64,000 bases of DNA, from IMG/VR virus record IMGVR_UViG_3300027917_000030, one strand, 5' to 3'. This DNA is from a virus. Taxonomy: Duplodnaviria; Heunggongvirae; Uroviricota; Caudoviricetes. The notes beneath the pieces were generated by a model. That model saw only the letters and a list, made by a program, of their open reading frames with translations, was not told where the DNA came from and did not search any database. The stretch's first letter is position 1; every line of letters starts with the position of its first letter. Made by a program: the position numbers and the translations under genes. Positions 62,940 through 64,000 of the stretch are shown here, piece after piece.

Positions 62940-63305
62940 TTAAATCTCCGGTCTTGCGTCAGGATCAAAATGATAGGTAACACCATTGTCGTCAATGCAA
63001 ACGAATGCGGGTGGGGGTGGACCATAAAAATCCGACATCGCTTTTAATTCTGCCTTAAAACCTTCTGACGTCGGGCAATAGCAAATGATTTCATCGCCTT
63101 CGGCGAATGTAACAATAAGTCGCTCCTGTAGGTTAACCCACACCCCAAAATACCAGGCATCTTGATCGGTATCATATTGGCTCCAACCTTCATTTGGTGA
63201 ACATAGGTTGAAATCATATTTGTATCGATCCCATGAAACAGAGGCATCGTATATATGATTCCCATGTTCGTTGATGCGGTCAGGAGGTCTATTCGGTATC
63301 TGCAT
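62940..63305 (-). CDS. Hypothetical protein (121 aa)
   Basis: ORF. Confidence 0.3.
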   Translation of the reverse strand: MQIPNRPPDRINEHGNHIYDASVSWDRYKYDFNLCSPNEGWSQYDTDQDAWYFGVWVNLQERLIVTFAEGDEIICYCPTSEGFKAELKAMSDFYGPPPPAFVCIDDNGVTYHFDPDARPEI

Positions 63306-63669
63306 CCTTTACTCCAAAAATAAGTTCGCCTTCTTCATCTAAAGGCTCGCCGTCTTCATTAATAGTACCACGTTCCAGAAAGGCATCCCACGCTTCTGGA
63401 TGTAGAGTAAGTTCGAGATCCCACGGTCCTTCACCTCTTATTTCGGTAACATCAATAACCTCACGCAGATCCCCCTTTGGATTTCTTGAATGGAAAACTG
63501 CACCCCATGAGTGAAGCGGATAGAAACAAATTGCATTATTCTGGAGAACAACTTCCGATTCAGCCTGCCGCACCCAAATCCCCTCTTGTTCTCCGTCAGC
63601 CCGCAGATTAATCTTAAGCAAAGGAAGATCTTCCAATTTATAAGTCTGGTCACCCTTAATGTATTTCAC
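63289..63669 (-). CDS. Hypothetical acidic protein (126 aa)
   Basis: ORF. Confidence 0.3.
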   Translation of the reverse strand: MKYIKGDQTYKLEDLPLLKINLRADGEQEGIWVRQAESEVVLQNNAICFYPLHSWGAVFHSRNPKGDLREVIDVTEIRGEGPWDLELTLHPEAWDAFLERGTINEDGEPLDEEGELIFGVKDADTE

Positions 63670-63998
63670 TTGTCTTTCTCCATATCTGCAATTCGCTTAG
63701 CCAATTTTGCTCGCTCCTTTGCTGCCCCTCGCCCCTCACCGAACATCTCATCCAAACGCTTTAGTTGTTCTTGAGGAGTTCTCTTGGCAGCAATCTCGGC
63801 TCGTTCTTTAGCTCGCTCGACGCGTTCTTGCTTGCCCTTAACTCTACTGCGTGTCATTCGTTTGCTCCGTTTCCTTGGCGCCTTCCAAACAAAATTTCCA
63901 ATAATTACAGTATCTAAAAATTGTTGAGCAAATGTATGGAGTAGTTTCTTAGATAAAGATTTTACTTTTTGGCTTAACATAATGTAGCCATGTGTCAC
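63666..63998 (-). CDS. Hypothetical basic protein (110 aa)
   Basis: Lys/Arg-rich ORF. Confidence 0.3.
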   Translation of the reverse strand: MTHGYIMLSQKVKSLSKKLLHTFAQQFLDTVIIGNFVWKAPRKRSKRMTRSRVKGKQERVERAKERAEIAAKRTPQEQLKRLDEMFGEGRGAAKERAKLAKRIADMEKDK

Positions 63999-64000
63999 TT

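Noticed and set aside
1-64000. CRISPR array or other regular repeat-spacer structure
   Set aside because: No series of evenly spaced direct repeats was seen. The two repeat families found have 3-6 dispersed copies with irregular spacing.

Overview
This is a 64 kb AT-rich window (roughly 35-40% GC by eye) in which essentially every credible gene is on the minus strand. Genes are densely packed with short overlaps. Several intergenic hairpins followed by U-runs on the minus strand look like rho-independent terminators. The content resembles the auxiliary-gene region of a very large (jumbo/mega) bacteriophage or similar large mobile element rather than a cellular chromosome. It contains a tRNA cluster with odd tRNA fragments, a minus-strand tRNA-Tyr, and many host-like genes: GroEL/GroES, Lon, IF3, peptide deformylase, thioredoxin, ribosomal protein bS21, and pyrC/pyrE/pyrF. 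Mixed among these are an HNH endonuclease, a lytic transglycosylase plus a holin-like membrane protein, and many small basic, membrane or Cys-rich ORFs. Evidence against a cellular chromosome: no capsid or terminase was recognised in the window, and no ribosomal protein other than the phage-typical bS21. Four functional themes stand out. (1) A Preiss-Handler NAD+ salvage set (nicotinamidase-like, nicotinate phosphoribosyltransferase, NAD synthetase) sits alongside a eukaryote-like WGR-PARP and a macro domain protein. (2) An operon encodes a ThiF/E1-like enzyme, a JAB/JAMM peptidase, a possible E2-like protein and a 209-aa protein ending in GG plus four residues, resembling Bil/Cap2-Cap3-type bacterial ubiquitin-like conjugation modules. 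(3) A large RNA-end-repair toolkit is present: a T4 Rnl1-like ligase, an Rnl2-type ligase adenylyltransferase domain, a PNK-like P-loop kinase, two metallophosphoesterases, a CCA-adding enzyme, a Thg1-like 5'-guanylyltransferase, a DHH nanoRNase, CYTH and HD alarmone-hydrolase-like proteins. (4) The tRNA region is unusual: one tRNA appears to be encoded as a circularly permuted pair of halves, two orphan tRNA 3' portions occur, and a 24-30 nt motif recurs six times around them. A second, 30-nt GC-dyad/TTTTCGAAAA motif occurs three times at about 29 kb spacing. All calls are from reading the sequence and translated ORFs; no database searches were run.
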